The notes under the pieces were generated by a model. The model did no database searches and was not told the origin of the DNA. It was given only the letters and a program-made list of their open reading frames with translations. 64,000 nt of DNA from an uncultured Planctomycetales bacterium (lineage in GTDB: Bacteria; Omnitrophota; Gorgyraeia; Gygaellales; Profunditerraquicolaceae), in assembly GCA_964545575.1 (NCBI GenBank), contig CAZJFL010000008.1:18171-82170 (forward strand), read 5' to 3'. The first letter of the stretch is position 1, and the number at the start of each line of letters is the position of its first letter. Position numbers and translations under genes: made by a program. This document shows, one piece after another, positions 37,743 to 47,720 of the stretch.

Positions 37743-38672
37743 ATGGATGCCATTAAAAAGATAAGAGAGAAGGCCAGGAGCAAGCTTAAAACAATCGTGC
37801 TTCCGGAATACGATGAGAAACGCACGCAAGAAGCGGCCAAGATTATAGAGGAGGAGGGAATTGCCAAAGTCGTGCTGCTTAGCCCGGATAAAATCAGCGC
37901 GCAGGATAGAACAAGGTATTTCGATGAGTTCTGCCAGATGCACAAGGCTAAAGATTTAGATATCGAGGTGGTAAAGAAACTTTTCCAGGATTCTCTTTAT
38001 CCGGCAGCGATGATGACCCGGGAAGGCAGGTTTGACGGTTTGGTGGCCGGCGCCAGCCACACCACCCCGGATATGGCCCGGGCTGCCATCCGCTGTTTGG
38101 GGATAGACCAACGTATTACTATTGTCTCCAGCGCCTTTATCATGAAAGTCCCGGATTGCCCTTATGGCGAAGAGGGTGCTTTTATCTTTGCCGATTGCGG
38201 CATCATCCCTGAGCCGACTTCGCGGCAGCTTGCCTGTATATCTTTAGCGGCGTCGGAATTAGCGGCTAAGGTTCTGGATATTACTCCGCGTATTGCGCTG
38301 CTCAGTTATTCTACCAAAGGTTCGGCTAAAGGCAGGGGAGTAGATAAGGTCAAAGAGGCGGTAAAGCAGCTGGCGGAATTAGCGCCCCATCTTTTGGCTG
38401 ACGGAGAAATACAGGTAGATGCGGCGATAGTCCCGGAAGTGACTAAAATAAAATACCCGGACAGCCCTATCGGCGGAAGGGCAAACGTGTTGATTTTTCC
38501 TAATCTGGAATCCGGTAATATCGCCTATAAACTGGTAGAGCGCCTCGGTAAATCGCGCGCCATAGGGCCGCTTTTGATGGGTTTAAACAAGCCCGCCAGC
38601 GATCTTTCCCGCGGGTGTTCTAGAGAGGATATCGTGGATTGCGTAGCGGTTACTGCGATCAGGGCACAATAA
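37743..38672 (+). CDS. pta: Phosphate acetyltransferase
   Basis: IVLPE, FADCG, ALLSYSTKGS, DGEIQVDAA, FPNLESGNIAYK, DLSRG. Confidence 0.92.
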   Translation: MDAIKKIREKARSKLKTIVLPEYDEKRTQEAAKIIEEEGIAKVVLLSPDKISAQDRTRYFDEFCQMHKAKDLDIEVVKKLFQDSLYPAAMMTREGRFDGLVAGASHTTPDMARAAIRCLGIDQRITIVSSAFIMKVPDCPYGEEGAFIFADCGIIPEPTSRQLACISLAASELAAKVLDITPRIALLSYSTKGSAKGRGVDKVKEAVKQLAELAPHLLADGEIQVDAAIVPEVTKIKYPDSPIGGRANVLIFPNLESGNIAYKLVERLGKSRAIGPLLMGLNKPASDLSRGCSREDIVDCVAVTAIRAQ

Positions 38673-38674
38673 AT

Positions 38675-39739
38675 ATGAGGGTACTAGTAATCAACAGCGG
38701 TAGTTCTTCCATAAAATATAAACTCTTCGCTATGCCGCGCGCGCGCCTTATCTCTGGCGGCATGATCGAACACATCGGAGAAAAAGGTTCACGCATACAG
38801 GACCACTATGCCGGCTTAAAAATAATTTTAAATAAAGCCGATCATATTTCGCTCGTCGGCCACCGGGTGGTGCACGGGGCCGAGGCCTTCCAGATGCCGG
38901 TGGTAATTAATAATTCCGTAATCAAAAAAATCAGGCAATGCGCCGCACTAGCGCCCCTGCATAACCCGGCAAATTTAGCCGGAATCCTGGCCTGTAAAAA
39001 ATTATTGCCCGGAATAAAACAGGTGGCGGTATTTGATACGGCCTTTCACCAGACGCTTCCGGACTACGCCTATATCTACGGCCTGCCTTACGCCTATTAT
39101 AAAAAGTTCGGGATCAGAAAATACGGTTTCCACGGCACCAGCCACGAATATGTCGCGCATGAAGCAGCGCGCAGGCTAAAGAGGCCGCTAGATAAATTAA
39201 AAATCATCACCTGCCATTTGGGTAACGGCTGTAGTATTACCGCGGTAAATAAAGGAAAGTCCCGGGATACCAGCATGGGGTTTACTCCTTTAGAAGGTTT
39301 GATTATGGGTACACGCTCGGGAGACATTGACCCGGCGCTGGTTACTTATCTTATGCGTAAGACCAAAGCCGATGCCGACGGCATCGATAATATATTAAAT
39401 AAGACAAGCGGCCTGAAAGGAATATCCGGAATAAGCAATGATATGCGGATGCTGGAAAGCAAGGCAAAATCCGGGAATAAACGCGCCGGATTAACCATAG
39501 AGATGTTCTGTTACCGGATCAAAAAATACATCGGAGCCTATACGGCGGCCATGGCCGGATGCGACGCCTTAGTTTTTACCGCAGGTATCGGAGAGCACCA
39601 GCCGGATATCCGGCGCAGGATTTGTCAGGGCGCATTTTCACACTTAAAACGGAAGCCTAAAGTTTTGGTTATCCCTACGGATGAGGAGCTGATGATTGCG
39701 CGCCAGACATACGCATTGATTAAAAATAAAAAAACCTAA
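38675..39739 (+). CDS. ackA: Acetate kinase
   Basis: INSGSSSIK, GHRVVHG, APLHNP, YGFHGTSH, HLGNG, TRSGDIDP, PTDEE. Confidence 0.95.
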   Translation: MRVLVINSGSSSIKYKLFAMPRARLISGGMIEHIGEKGSRIQDHYAGLKIILNKADHISLVGHRVVHGAEAFQMPVVINNSVIKKIRQCAALAPLHNPANLAGILACKKLLPGIKQVAVFDTAFHQTLPDYAYIYGLPYAYYKKFGIRKYGFHGTSHEYVAHEAARRLKRPLDKLKIITCHLGNGCSITAVNKGKSRDTSMGFTPLEGLIMGTRSGDIDPALVTYLMRKTKADADGIDNILNKTSGLKGISGISNDMRMLESKAKSGNKRAGLTIEMFCYRIKKYIGAYTAAMAGCDALVFTAGIGEHQPDIRRRICQGAFSHLKRKPKVLVIPTDEELMIARQTYALIKNKKT

Positions 39740-39758
39740 AAATATTGAAGGAGAAGAA

Positions 39759-40109
39759 ATGTTACGGACAATCCTGAAATCCAAGATACACCGCGCCCGC
39801 ATCACCGAAGCCAATCTCTATTATGAGGGCAGCATCACTATCGATGCTCAGCTGATGGAAGCGGCGGATATAGCAGAACACGAAAAGGTGGAAGTGCTTA
39901 ATCTGAATAACGGCCAGCGCCTGGAGACCTATGCCATAAAGGGTAAGTTTGGCACAGGCATCATTTGTCTGAACGGCCCGGCTGCGCGCGGTGCCTGCGT
40001 CGGAGATGAGGTGGTAATTGTTTCTTATGCCTTAGCTGAAGACAAAGAAGCACTTGGTATAAAACCAAAGATCGTAAAGGTTAATGAAAGAAACCAGTTT
40101 AAGAATTAG
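39759..40109 (+). CDS. panD: Aspartate 1-decarboxylase
   Basis: KSKIHRA, YEG|SITID, RLETY, NGPAAR. Confidence 0.95.
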   Translation: MLRTILKSKIHRARITEANLYYEGSITIDAQLMEAADIAEHEKVEVLNLNNGQRLETYAIKGKFGTGIICLNGPAARGACVGDEVVIVSYALAEDKEALGIKPKIVKVNERNQFKN

Positions 40110-40632
40110 ATTATTCGGTGATCCGGCTTTGCGTAAGAAGGCGTCTTTAGTGAAGCGGGTAACCAGAGGCCACCGCGATATTTTAAGCCGGATGAGCGAA
40201 CTGATGTATGCGGCTTCAGGGATAGGGCTGGCTGCGGTGCAGGTAGGAATCAACGAGGCGATGATCGTGGCAGATATCGGTTCCGGGCTTTATCAGCTGG
40301 TAAATCCGAAGATCTTGAAAAAAGAAGGCGCCCAGCTGAATCAGGAAGGGTGCCTGAGTATTCCCGGCGTCTGCGTCCGGGTTAAACGCGCCAATAATAT
40401 TTTGGTCGAAGCCGAAGGCCCCGAGGGGAGAAAAATCATCTTTGAGGCCGAAGGCTTGCTTGCCTGTGTCTTGCAGCATGAAATAGAACACTTAAAAGGC
40501 AAACTCATTGTCGATTATGCTTCGTTTCTGGAGAAACTGAAGTTAAGGAGTAAGTTAGAAGAGATAAAGCAAAGGCTTAAAGATGAAGAGTTGTCCGAAT
40601 CAAAAGACAAATCTTGCCAGCTGCAACTGTAG
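40084..40632 (+). CDS. def: Peptide deformylase
   Basis: [20 protein letters not shown]. Confidence 0.92.
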   Translation: MKETSLRIRLFGDPALRKKASLVKRVTRGHRDILSRMSELMYAASGIGLAAVQVGINEAMIVADIGSGLYQLVNPKILKKEGAQLNQEGCLSIPGVCVRVKRANNILVEAEGPEGRKIIFEAEGLLACVLQHEIEHLKGKLIVDYASFLEKLKLRSKLEEIKQRLKDEELSESKDKSCQLQL

Positions 40633-40780
40633 CTATGAGCCCTGTTCCAGGAAAGGTATATGCTGCGCATGCATACTTTACCATCGTAAAAGCGGTGAGG
40701 TTCCTGCTTGCTTTTTTCCTGCCGAAATAGAGAAAACTTACGACCGCTCGATAGCCAATTTTATCCGTACGCAAAAATGA
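40583..40780 (+). CDS. Small Cys-rich protein (DUF6485-like)
   Basis: [27 protein letters not shown]. Confidence 0.65.
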   Translation: MKSCPNQKTNLASCNCSYEPCSRKGICCACILYHRKSGEVPACFFPAEIEKTYDRSIANFIRTQK

Positions 40781-41646
40781 TAAACAGGTTGCCGGTATGG
40801 TTTAAACAGGAGATTATCGACGAGAGAGTAGTTAAAGGGACGGAGTTTCTTTTGGCATCCGGTATCAATACGGTTTGCAAACAGGCAAGATGCCCGAATA
40901 TGAACCGTTGCCTTAAAGATAAACAGGTTACTTTCATGATTTTAGGCGTTACCTGCACGCGTAACTGCCGGTTCTGCGCCGTAGATAAGGCGCAAGATAC
41001 ATACATGCCTTTAGACCGGCAAGAGCCGTACCGCGTTGCCGGGGCAGTAAAGAAGCTTGCGCTTAAATACGCGGTGATTACTTCGGTAACCCGCGATGAT
41101 TTAGCAGACGGCGGAGCGGAAATTTTTGCTAAAACCATGGAGTTAATCCGCCAGCTTAACAAAGATATCGGCATCGAGGTTTTGATACCGGATTTCTGCG
41201 GCAACTTAAACAGCTTAAGTCAAATATTAGCGGCCGGGCCAAACGTATTGGCCCATAATATGGAGACCATAGAGCGCTTATATCCGGTTTTAAGGCCGCA
41301 GGCAGATTATCGCCGGTCATTAGGCTTACTCTATAAAGCAAAAACAATGCGTCCGGATTTGCTGACTAAAACTTCCCTGATGCTGGGTTTAGGCGAGAAG
41401 GAAGAAGAGGTTATCGATACGCTCCGGCAGATAAGGTCTAGCTTGGTCGATATCGTGACCTTAGGCCAATACCTGGCTCCTTCTTCTCTGCATTATCCGC
41501 TAAAAGAGTTCGTTACTTTAGAGCAGTTTGAGAGGTATCGTAAGATCGGGCTTGATCTGGGATTTAAGGCAGTAGCCTCAGGCCCCCTGGTGAGAAGTTC
41601 TTATCAGGCAGAAAAAACCTATAAGGAATCGCTATGTATGACCTAA
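40777..41646 (+). CDS. lipA: Lipoyl synthase
   Basis: [24 protein letters not shown]; ATG 40777. Confidence 0.92.
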   Translation: MINRLPVWFKQEIIDERVVKGTEFLLASGINTVCKQARCPNMNRCLKDKQVTFMILGVTCTRNCRFCAVDKAQDTYMPLDRQEPYRVAGAVKKLALKYAVITSVTRDDLADGGAEIFAKTMELIRQLNKDIGIEVLIPDFCGNLNSLSQILAAGPNVLAHNMETIERLYPVLRPQADYRRSLGLLYKAKTMRPDLLTKTSLMLGLGEKEEEVIDTLRQIRSSLVDIVTLGQYLAPSSLHYPLKEFVTLEQFERYRKIGLDLGFKAVASGPLVRSSYQAEKTYKESLCMT

Positions 41647-42545
41647 TCATTATCGGCGCCGGGCCAGCCGGCCTTACCGCCGGGCTTTATGCCGGAAGAT
41701 TCAGGTTAGAGACGCTGATTTTAGAAAAGATGAGCGTCGGCGGACAGATTATTACCTCTCCTGATATCGAAAACTTTCCCGGTTTTCCCGGGGGGATAGC
41801 TACCGCCGAGCTGATCGAGAAACTTAAGCAGCAGGTTGATGATTTAGGCGTTAAGATCGAGTTGGACGAAGCTAGAGACATAATCACGGATAAAAATAAT
41901 TATTTCGTAAAAACCGGCAATAATTCTTATGAGACTAGAACAATCATCGTTGCCAGCGGTGCGCAACCGAAAAGATTAGGGGTGTTAGGTGAAGAGAGGT
42001 TAACCGGGCGCGGCGTTTCTTATTGCGGCACCTGCGATGCCCCGTTATTTAAAGATAAAGAAGTTGTAGTCATCGGCGCAGGTGATAGGGCAATAGAAGA
42101 GGCACTGTTTCTTACGCGTTACGCCGGAAAGGTAACTATTATACATCGCCGCAATGCCCTGCGCGCCTCCAGGATTTTAGAGGAAAAAGCCAGGCAAAAC
42201 CCGAAGATTAATTTTATTTTAGAAAGCACGGTAGAGGAGATCGTCGGCGATAAAAAGGTAGAAAAGATCAAGATTAAAAATGTAAACAACGCAGCTTCCA
42301 GTATGTTAGCTTGTGAGGGGGTATTCGTCTTTGTCGGGATTAAGCCCAATACCGATTTTTTAAAGAATATCTTGCATCTTGATGCATCCGGTTTTATAAT
42401 TACTGACCAGGAATTAGCTACTTCCAGCAAAGGGATCTTTGCCTGCGGCGATTGCCTGAAAAAAAGTTTATATCAGGTGGTGAATGCCTGCGCAGAGGGA
42501 GCGCTGGCTGCGCACTCAGCCAATATTTACCTCTTAGAGCAATGA
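41634..42545 (+). CDS. trxB: Thioredoxin reductase
   Basis: GAGPAG, GVSYCGTCD, HRR, FACGD. Confidence 0.92.
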   Translation: MYDLIIIGAGPAGLTAGLYAGRFRLETLILEKMSVGGQIITSPDIENFPGFPGGIATAELIEKLKQQVDDLGVKIELDEARDIITDKNNYFVKTGNNSYETRTIIVASGAQPKRLGVLGEERLTGRGVSYCGTCDAPLFKDKEVVVIGAGDRAIEEALFLTRYAGKVTIIHRRNALRASRILEEKARQNPKINFILESTVEEIVGDKKVEKIKIKNVNNAASSMLACEGVFVFVGIKPNTDFLKNILHLDASGFIITDQELATSSKGIFACGDCLKKSLYQVVNACAEGALAAHSANIYLLEQ

Positions 42546-44335
42546 ATAAATTTCCTACACACAATAAAGAATTAAAAGACTGGGTTAATAAGATAAGCCG
42601 GCTCTGCCAGCCCGACAATATCGTATGGATCGACGGCTCTAAAGACCAGAAAGAGGCTTTGGAAAAAGAAGCCTTGGAGTCGGGAGAACTTGTTCCTTTA
42701 AAACAGGATAAACTTCCGGGTTGTTTTTTACACCGTACCGCTATCGATGACGTTGCCCGCACCGAACACCTTACCTTTATCTGCACTAAGAAAAAGCGTG
42801 ATGCCGGACCGACAAATAACTGGATGCCTCCGGCTGTAGCTTACCGTAAGGCTAAAGCCATCTTTAAGGGCGCGATGCGCGGCAGAACCATGTATGTCAT
42901 GCCTTTTTCCATGGGGCCGGTCGGCTCGCATTTTAGCAAGATCGGCGTGGAATTGACAGATTCCCGCTATGTAGTTTTGAATATGCTGATTATGACCCGG
43001 GTAGGCGAAGCAGTATTAAAGCAACTGGAAAAAGAAGAGACATTTACCAAGTGCCTGCATTCCAAGGCGGAATTAGATATAAATAAGAGATTGATTTTAC
43101 ATTTTCCGGAAGATAACACCATCTGGAGCGTGGGTTCTGGTTACGGCGGAAACGTTTTATTAGGGAAAAAATGCCTATCCTTGCGCATCGCCAGTTTTAT
43201 CGCCCGTAAAGAACACTGGCTGGCAGAGCACATGCTGATTATGGGTATCGAAGAGCCTAACGGCCACATTGAATATATTGCCGCGGCATTTCCCAGCGCC
43301 TGCGGCAAAACTAACCTGGCGATGTTAGTCCCTCCGGAGGGCTTAAAGGTAAAAGGTTACCGGATCTGGACGGTAGGCGATGATATCGCCTGGATGCGCG
43401 TGGATTCAGACGGTTCTCTTTGGGCGGTTAATCCGGAGACAGGATTTTTCGGCGTAGCCCCCGGGACAAATTCCAAGACCAACCCTAATATGGTAGAAAC
43501 CATAAGAAAGAATACCATTTTTACTAATGTTTTACTTAAAGAAGACGGGACAGTCTGGTGGGAGGGCGCTGACGGAGGGGTTCCTTCCGGAGGCATTGAC
43601 TGGCAGGGGAGGGCCTGGAAGCCGGGCATGGTGGATAGCGACGGCAAACCGATTTTAGGCGCACATCCGAATAGCCGTTTTACCACTCCCGTAGTTAATT
43701 GCCCTACGGCATCATTCCGCCTTGAGCAGCATCACGGGGTGCCGATTTCGGCAATTGTCTTTGGCGGCCGCCGGCAGCGCTTAGCGCCTCTGGTCTATGA
43801 ATCTTTTAGCTGGCAGCACGGCGTATTTGTAGGGGCGACGATAGCTTCTGAATTGACCGCAGCACAGGTAGGTAAAGTCGGGCAGGTGCGCCGCGACCCC
43901 ATGGCGATGATTCCTTTCTGCGGCTACAATATGGCGGATTATTTCCGCCACTGGCTCCAGATGGGCAGGCGCATGGTCAAACCGCCTAAAATTTTCCATG
44001 TCAATTGGTTTAAGACCGATGAAAGCGGTAAGTTTTTATGGCCGGGATTCAGGGAGAATTTAAGGATTCTGGAATGGATACTGGAACGGGCGAATAATAA
44101 GGTGGGAGCGGTGGAGACGGCACTCGGATATATCCCCCAGCTTCAAGATATAGATATGACCGGGCTGAATATTTCTCCTCTGGTAATGGAGAAGCTTTTC
44201 AGCATCAATAAGAAAGAATGGCTGGAGGAATTAAAAGGGGTTAAGATTTTTTTCAGGCGGTTTAAGAAAGGCCTGCCGGAAGAATTATGGCGGGAATATG
44301 AAGAGTTCCTGCTGCGCCTAAAATCCCATGACTAA
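42542..44335 (+). CDS. pckG: GTP-dependent phosphoenolpyruvate carboxykinase
   Basis: [44 protein letters not shown]; ATG 42542. Confidence 0.95.
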   Translation: MNKFPTHNKELKDWVNKISRLCQPDNIVWIDGSKDQKEALEKEALESGELVPLKQDKLPGCFLHRTAIDDVARTEHLTFICTKKKRDAGPTNNWMPPAVAYRKAKAIFKGAMRGRTMYVMPFSMGPVGSHFSKIGVELTDSRYVVLNMLIMTRVGEAVLKQLEKEETFTKCLHSKAELDINKRLILHFPEDNTIWSVGSGYGGNVLLGKKCLSLRIASFIARKEHWLAEHMLIMGIEEPNGHIEYIAAAFPSACGKTNLAMLVPPEGLKVKGYRIWTVGDDIAWMRVDSDGSLWAVNPETGFFGVAPGTNSKTNPNMVETIRKNTIFTNVLLKEDGTVWWEGADGGVPSGGIDWQGRAWKPGMVDSDGKPILGAHPNSRFTTPVVNCPTASFRLEQHHGVPISAIVFGGRRQRLAPLVYESFSWQHGVFVGATIASELTAAQVGKVGQVRRDPMAMIPFCGYNMADYFRHWLQMGRRMVKPPKIFHVNWFKTDESGKFLWPGFRENLRILEWILERANNKVGAVETALGYIPQLQDIDMTGLNISPLVMEKLFSINKKEWLEELKGVKIFFRRFKKGLPEELWREYEEFLLRLKSHD

Positions 44336-45224
44336 AGAAGTTTTATTAGCCTCAGATTTTAAAGAGCTTAAACTCTATAAACGCGGAAAAGTCAGGGATG
44401 TTTATGATTTGGGGGACAAACTGCTGATTGTCTCTACCGACAGGATTTCTTGCTTTGACGTAGTGCTTCCCTCAGGCATTCCTTACAAGGGCGAGGTGCT
44501 TACCGCGCTTTCGCTTTTCTGGTTCGATTTGATCAAAGATATAATCCCTAATCACCTGATTAACGCCGATATTGATCAATACCCTCTGGAACTTAAAAAA
44601 TATAAATCCCAGCTCCTGGGCCGTTCGATGCTGGTAGTGAAGGCTAAATCCCTGCCAATAGAATGCGTGGTCAGGGGTTATCTTTCCGGTTCGGGCTGGA
44701 AGGAATATAAAGAAAAGCAATCGATCTCTGGGATAAAATTGCCGGCCGGCTTAAAAGAGTCGGATAAACTTCCCGAAGATATCTTTACCCCTTCTACCAA
44801 AGCTGATGTCGGCCACGATATGAATGTAGACCAGGGATATGTAGAAGGCCTGATCGGCCAGAATAGCGCGGATAAATTAAAGGAATTAAGCCTGGCGATT
44901 TATAAAAGGGCAAGCGATTACGCTCTTTCGCGCGGCATCATCATCGCCGATACTAAATTTGAGTTCGGCGCGCATAATGATCAGGTCATCCTTATAGACG
45001 AAGCGCTTACCCCGGATTCCTCGCGTTTCTGGCCGAAAGATCAATATCAGCCCGGCAGGCCCCAGCCCAGTTTTGATAAACAGTTTGTCCGGGACTACCT
45101 GGAGAGCCTGGATTGGGATAAAACTCCTCCGGCCCCGCAGTTACCCCCTGAAATTATCGAGAAGACCAGCCTTAAGTATCTGGCGGCTCACAAAAGCTTA
45201 ACCGGCCGAGGACTGAACAGATAA
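44328..45224 (+). CDS. purC: SAICAR synthetase
   Basis: [34 protein letters not shown]. Confidence 0.95.
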   Translation: MTKEVLLASDFKELKLYKRGKVRDVYDLGDKLLIVSTDRISCFDVVLPSGIPYKGEVLTALSLFWFDLIKDIIPNHLINADIDQYPLELKKYKSQLLGRSMLVVKAKSLPIECVVRGYLSGSGWKEYKEKQSISGIKLPAGLKESDKLPEDIFTPSTKADVGHDMNVDQGYVEGLIGQNSADKLKELSLAIYKRASDYALSRGIIIADTKFEFGAHNDQVILIDEALTPDSSRFWPKDQYQPGRPQPSFDKQFVRDYLESLDWDKTPPAPQLPPEIIEKTSLKYLAAHKSLTGRGLNR

Positions 45225-46180
45225 TGAATATTTTTAAAAAAATAATTTCTCTTCTTGTAAGGCTCGGCATCAGTATCGCGCTGCTGGTTTTTTTATTTAA
45301 ACAGGTAGACATAAAATCTTTGCTGGCGGTAATCCGCAATACCGATAAAACGCTTTTGGTAATTGCGTTTTGGGTGAGTTTCTTAAATTATGTTTTAGGA
45401 TTTTTCCGCTGGGGGATGCTGCTCGCCGCTTATAAAGTTGATGCCCCGTTTAAGCGGCTGATGGCTGCATATTCGGGGGGGATATTTTTCAACTCCTTCC
45501 TGCCTTCGACTATCGGGGGGGATTTTGTGCGCACTATTGACCTGGCCAGTTTTTCTAAGAAACCGAGAGAAGTGGCGGCTACGGTGCTTTTAGACAGGTT
45601 AAGCGGTTACATCGCAGTGGTGTTGGTGGCTTCGCTAGCTATTCTTTTTGGCTGGAAAATAATACATACCAGGAGCGTTTTGCTCTCTATGGCAGTTATA
45701 ACCGCCATATTGATTTTTATCCTTCTGGCATTATTTAATCAATTTGCCTATTCTAAAATAAACCGGCTGTTAGGCTCTTTATCTTTAGGCAGGGTTTCGC
45801 GAGGCTTGAAGAACCTGCATCAGGAAATACACGTTTTTAAGCGCGAGAAAAACACTATCTTAGGGAATCTAAGTTTATCTTTGCTGATTCAGGCGGTTAA
45901 CCCTATAGTCTTTTATATCCTGAGCCTGGCGTTAGGGATAAAGATAAATATATTGTACTTTTTTATCTTCCTTCCCATCATCGGGGCAGTTACTTTATTA
46001 CCCGTTTCCATAGGAGGGTTGGGTTTGCGCGAGGCTACGGTGATTTTCTTTTTTGCCCAGGCAGGAGTAAGCAAGGATATTTCTTTAGCCGCAGCGCTGT
46101 TATCTTCTTTTTTCCTCTTTATCTATGCCGGCCTCGGGGGGCTGATTTATGTCTTTACATTACGTTATCGACGGGTATAA
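45224..46180 (+). CDS. Lysylphosphatidylglycerol synthase TM / flippase-like protein
   Basis: FRW, LPSTIGGD, DR, P.SIGGLGLRE. Confidence 0.8.
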   Translation: MNIFKKIISLLVRLGISIALLVFLFKQVDIKSLLAVIRNTDKTLLVIAFWVSFLNYVLGFFRWGMLLAAYKVDAPFKRLMAAYSGGIFFNSFLPSTIGGDFVRTIDLASFSKKPREVAATVLLDRLSGYIAVVLVASLAILFGWKIIHTRSVLLSMAVITAILIFILLALFNQFAYSKINRLLGSLSLGRVSRGLKNLHQEIHVFKREKNTILGNLSLSLLIQAVNPIVFYILSLALGIKINILYFFIFLPIIGAVTLLPVSIGGLGLREATVIFFFAQAGVSKDISLAAALLSSFFLFIYAGLGGLIYVFTLRYRRV

Positions 46181-46640
46181 TCTGATCAACCACCCGGCGT
46201 TTCTTAGGTCGGTCAGGAAAAATAAAGACCAGAGAGCCGCCCTTGCCTCTCTTATCGTGACCGCCAGGCTCTGCGGCAGCCCTAAAAATAAAATTACCAT
46301 TGTTTTTGACGGTTATCCGCCTGCCTTAGAAACAAATAAAAAGTTTGCGGGCATAGATTCTATATTCTCCAGAGACGACAGCGCCGATGAACGGATCAAG
46401 AAAATAGTAGAGAGGTCGTCCGGCCCTAAAAATATTATCGTCGTCTCCGATGATAAGGAGATCAGGTTTATTGTCAAGTCAATAGGCGCTCATGTCCTGG
46501 GCATAGAGGAGTTTATGCTGCCGCTAGAAGATACGGCGGATAAGGCAGGAGATATCAGGGCATTAAATAAAGACCTTAATTATAGCCAGATCAATAGTAT
46601 AAATCAGGAATTGAAAAAGAAATGGCTGAAGGCACTTTGA
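46149..46640 (+). CDS. NYN domain (YacP/Rae1-like) nuclease
   Basis: IDGYN, IVFDG, SADERI, VVSDD. Confidence 0.85.
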   Translation: MSLHYVIDGYNLINHPAFLRSVRKNKDQRAALASLIVTARLCGSPKNKITIVFDGYPPALETNKKFAGIDSIFSRDDSADERIKKIVERSSGPKNIIVVSDDKEIRFIVKSIGAHVLGIEEFMLPLEDTADKAGDIRALNKDLNYSQINSINQELKKKWLKAL

Positions 46641-46648
46641 GAAATCAG

Positions 46649-46677
46649 TTGACCGCGCTATTTTTTACCTTTATAAT
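46649..46677 (+). promoter_or_regulatory. Sigma70 promoter
   Basis: TTGACC-17 nt-TATAAT. Confidence 0.65.
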
Positions 46678-46728
46678 GAATTGAGTTTTAAAAAAGTAGG
46701 CTAAGAGCATAAAACTGGAGGCAGAACA

Positions 46729-46935
46729 ATGATTATCGAGATAGGCATAGTAGCAGGGGATATCTGGCATTTTCTGGATCAGCACGGAGAGGTTACTCTT
46801 TCAGGTTTAATCCGGGGCATAGACAAGAACCGGGACAATGTCCTGATGAGCTTAGGATGGCTGGCCAGGGAAGGGCATGTTATCCTGCAGCAGATAGAAG
46901 GCGATTACAAGGTAAGCTTAAGGAAGAATGTCTAA
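46729..46935 (+). CDS. Small winged-helix protein (DUF2582-like)
   Basis: IG..AG.IW..L..LGWLAREG. Confidence 0.75.
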   Translation: MIIEIGIVAGDIWHFLDQHGEVTLSGLIRGIDKNRDNVLMSLGWLAREGHVILQQIEGDYKVSLRKNV

Positions 46936-47335
46936 CTTAAGGCCCGGTAAAAGAGGGGTAGCGTTATTTATAGTTTTAGGCACGATTTTAGTAGTGGTTA
47001 TCTTAGCTAATATTGTCTTAAATATCATCTTAAGCCAGTCCCGCCTGACCCACCATCAGATCAGCCGCATCCGTGCCTATTACGCCAGCCTCGCCGGCAT
47101 GAACTATGCCCTGGAACAGTTAAGAACCGGGACTTGGGTGTACCACGGAGATTATTGTATAGGTAATATTACTGCCGGCCATTGTTCAGGTTTTCCGCTT
47201 CCGCACGTTGTTAATGATCCGGATATGCCCTATGAGGTAAGGATTCATATTGATGCTCCGGATCCGACTAGGGTGGCTTTTCCCGACGTCGCCCCGCTGA
47301 ATATAACCGTAAATTACACCTCTCCTGCATTGTAA
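46928..47335 (+). CDS. PilX/GspK-like minor pilin
   Basis: KRG|VALFIVL (no Glu5), RAYYASLAG..YA. Confidence 0.7.
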   Translation: MSNLRPGKRGVALFIVLGTILVVVILANIVLNIILSQSRLTHHQISRIRAYYASLAGMNYALEQLRTGTWVYHGDYCIGNITAGHCSGFPLPHVVNDPDMPYEVRIHIDAPDPTRVAFPDVAPLNITVNYTSPAL

Positions 47336-47359
47336 TTCCTCCTAAAAGATCATAATAAT

Positions 47360-47488
47360 CTAAGTAAGTTCATGTAAGATTTGTATGTCTTAGTATAGGA
47401 CAATTTATGCTAGGAATTTTGCCACAAGTAAGTTTAAGTAAGTATACGTAAAAAAACACTTGACAAAATAAGAATTATATGTTTTAAT
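47360..47488 (+). promoter_or_regulatory. Sigma70 promoter preceded by phased 10-bp direct repeats
   Basis: TTGACA(47460)-17 nt-TTTAAT; GTA cores at 47364/74/83/93 and 47428/38/48. Confidence 0.6.
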
Positions 47489-47528
47489 TAACCCCGCAAT
47501 GATTCCGGTAAAAGAGAGGTAAAAGCAG

Positions 47529-47720
47529 ATGCAAAAACTGATCGACATTGATGAGCTGGCGGATTATCTAAAGCTTAAGAAACAGACCATCTACAACTGG
47601 CTTAACCAGAGGAAGATCACCGGCTTTAAGGTCGGCGGCGTCTGGAGGTTTGACCGTAAAGAGATTGATGCCTGGTTAAACAGCAGAAGGCGCTTAGCTA
47701 AACCCGGAGAAGGCAAATGA
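47529..47720 (+). CDS. Excisionase-like (MerR-like HTH_17) DNA-binding protein
   Basis: ELADYLKL..TIYNW..GFKVGGVWRF..ID.WL. Confidence 0.85.
   Translation: MQKLIDIDELADYLKLKKQTIYNWLNQRKITGFKVGGVWRFDRKEIDAWLNSRRRLAKPGEGK

Noticed and set aside
8299-37745. TAG recoding (in-frame continuation after TAG at 8299, 11102 and 37740)
   Set aside because: Many other genes end at TAG at plausible lengths with a new RBS next; long conserved genes contain no internal TAG; no pyl genes seen.
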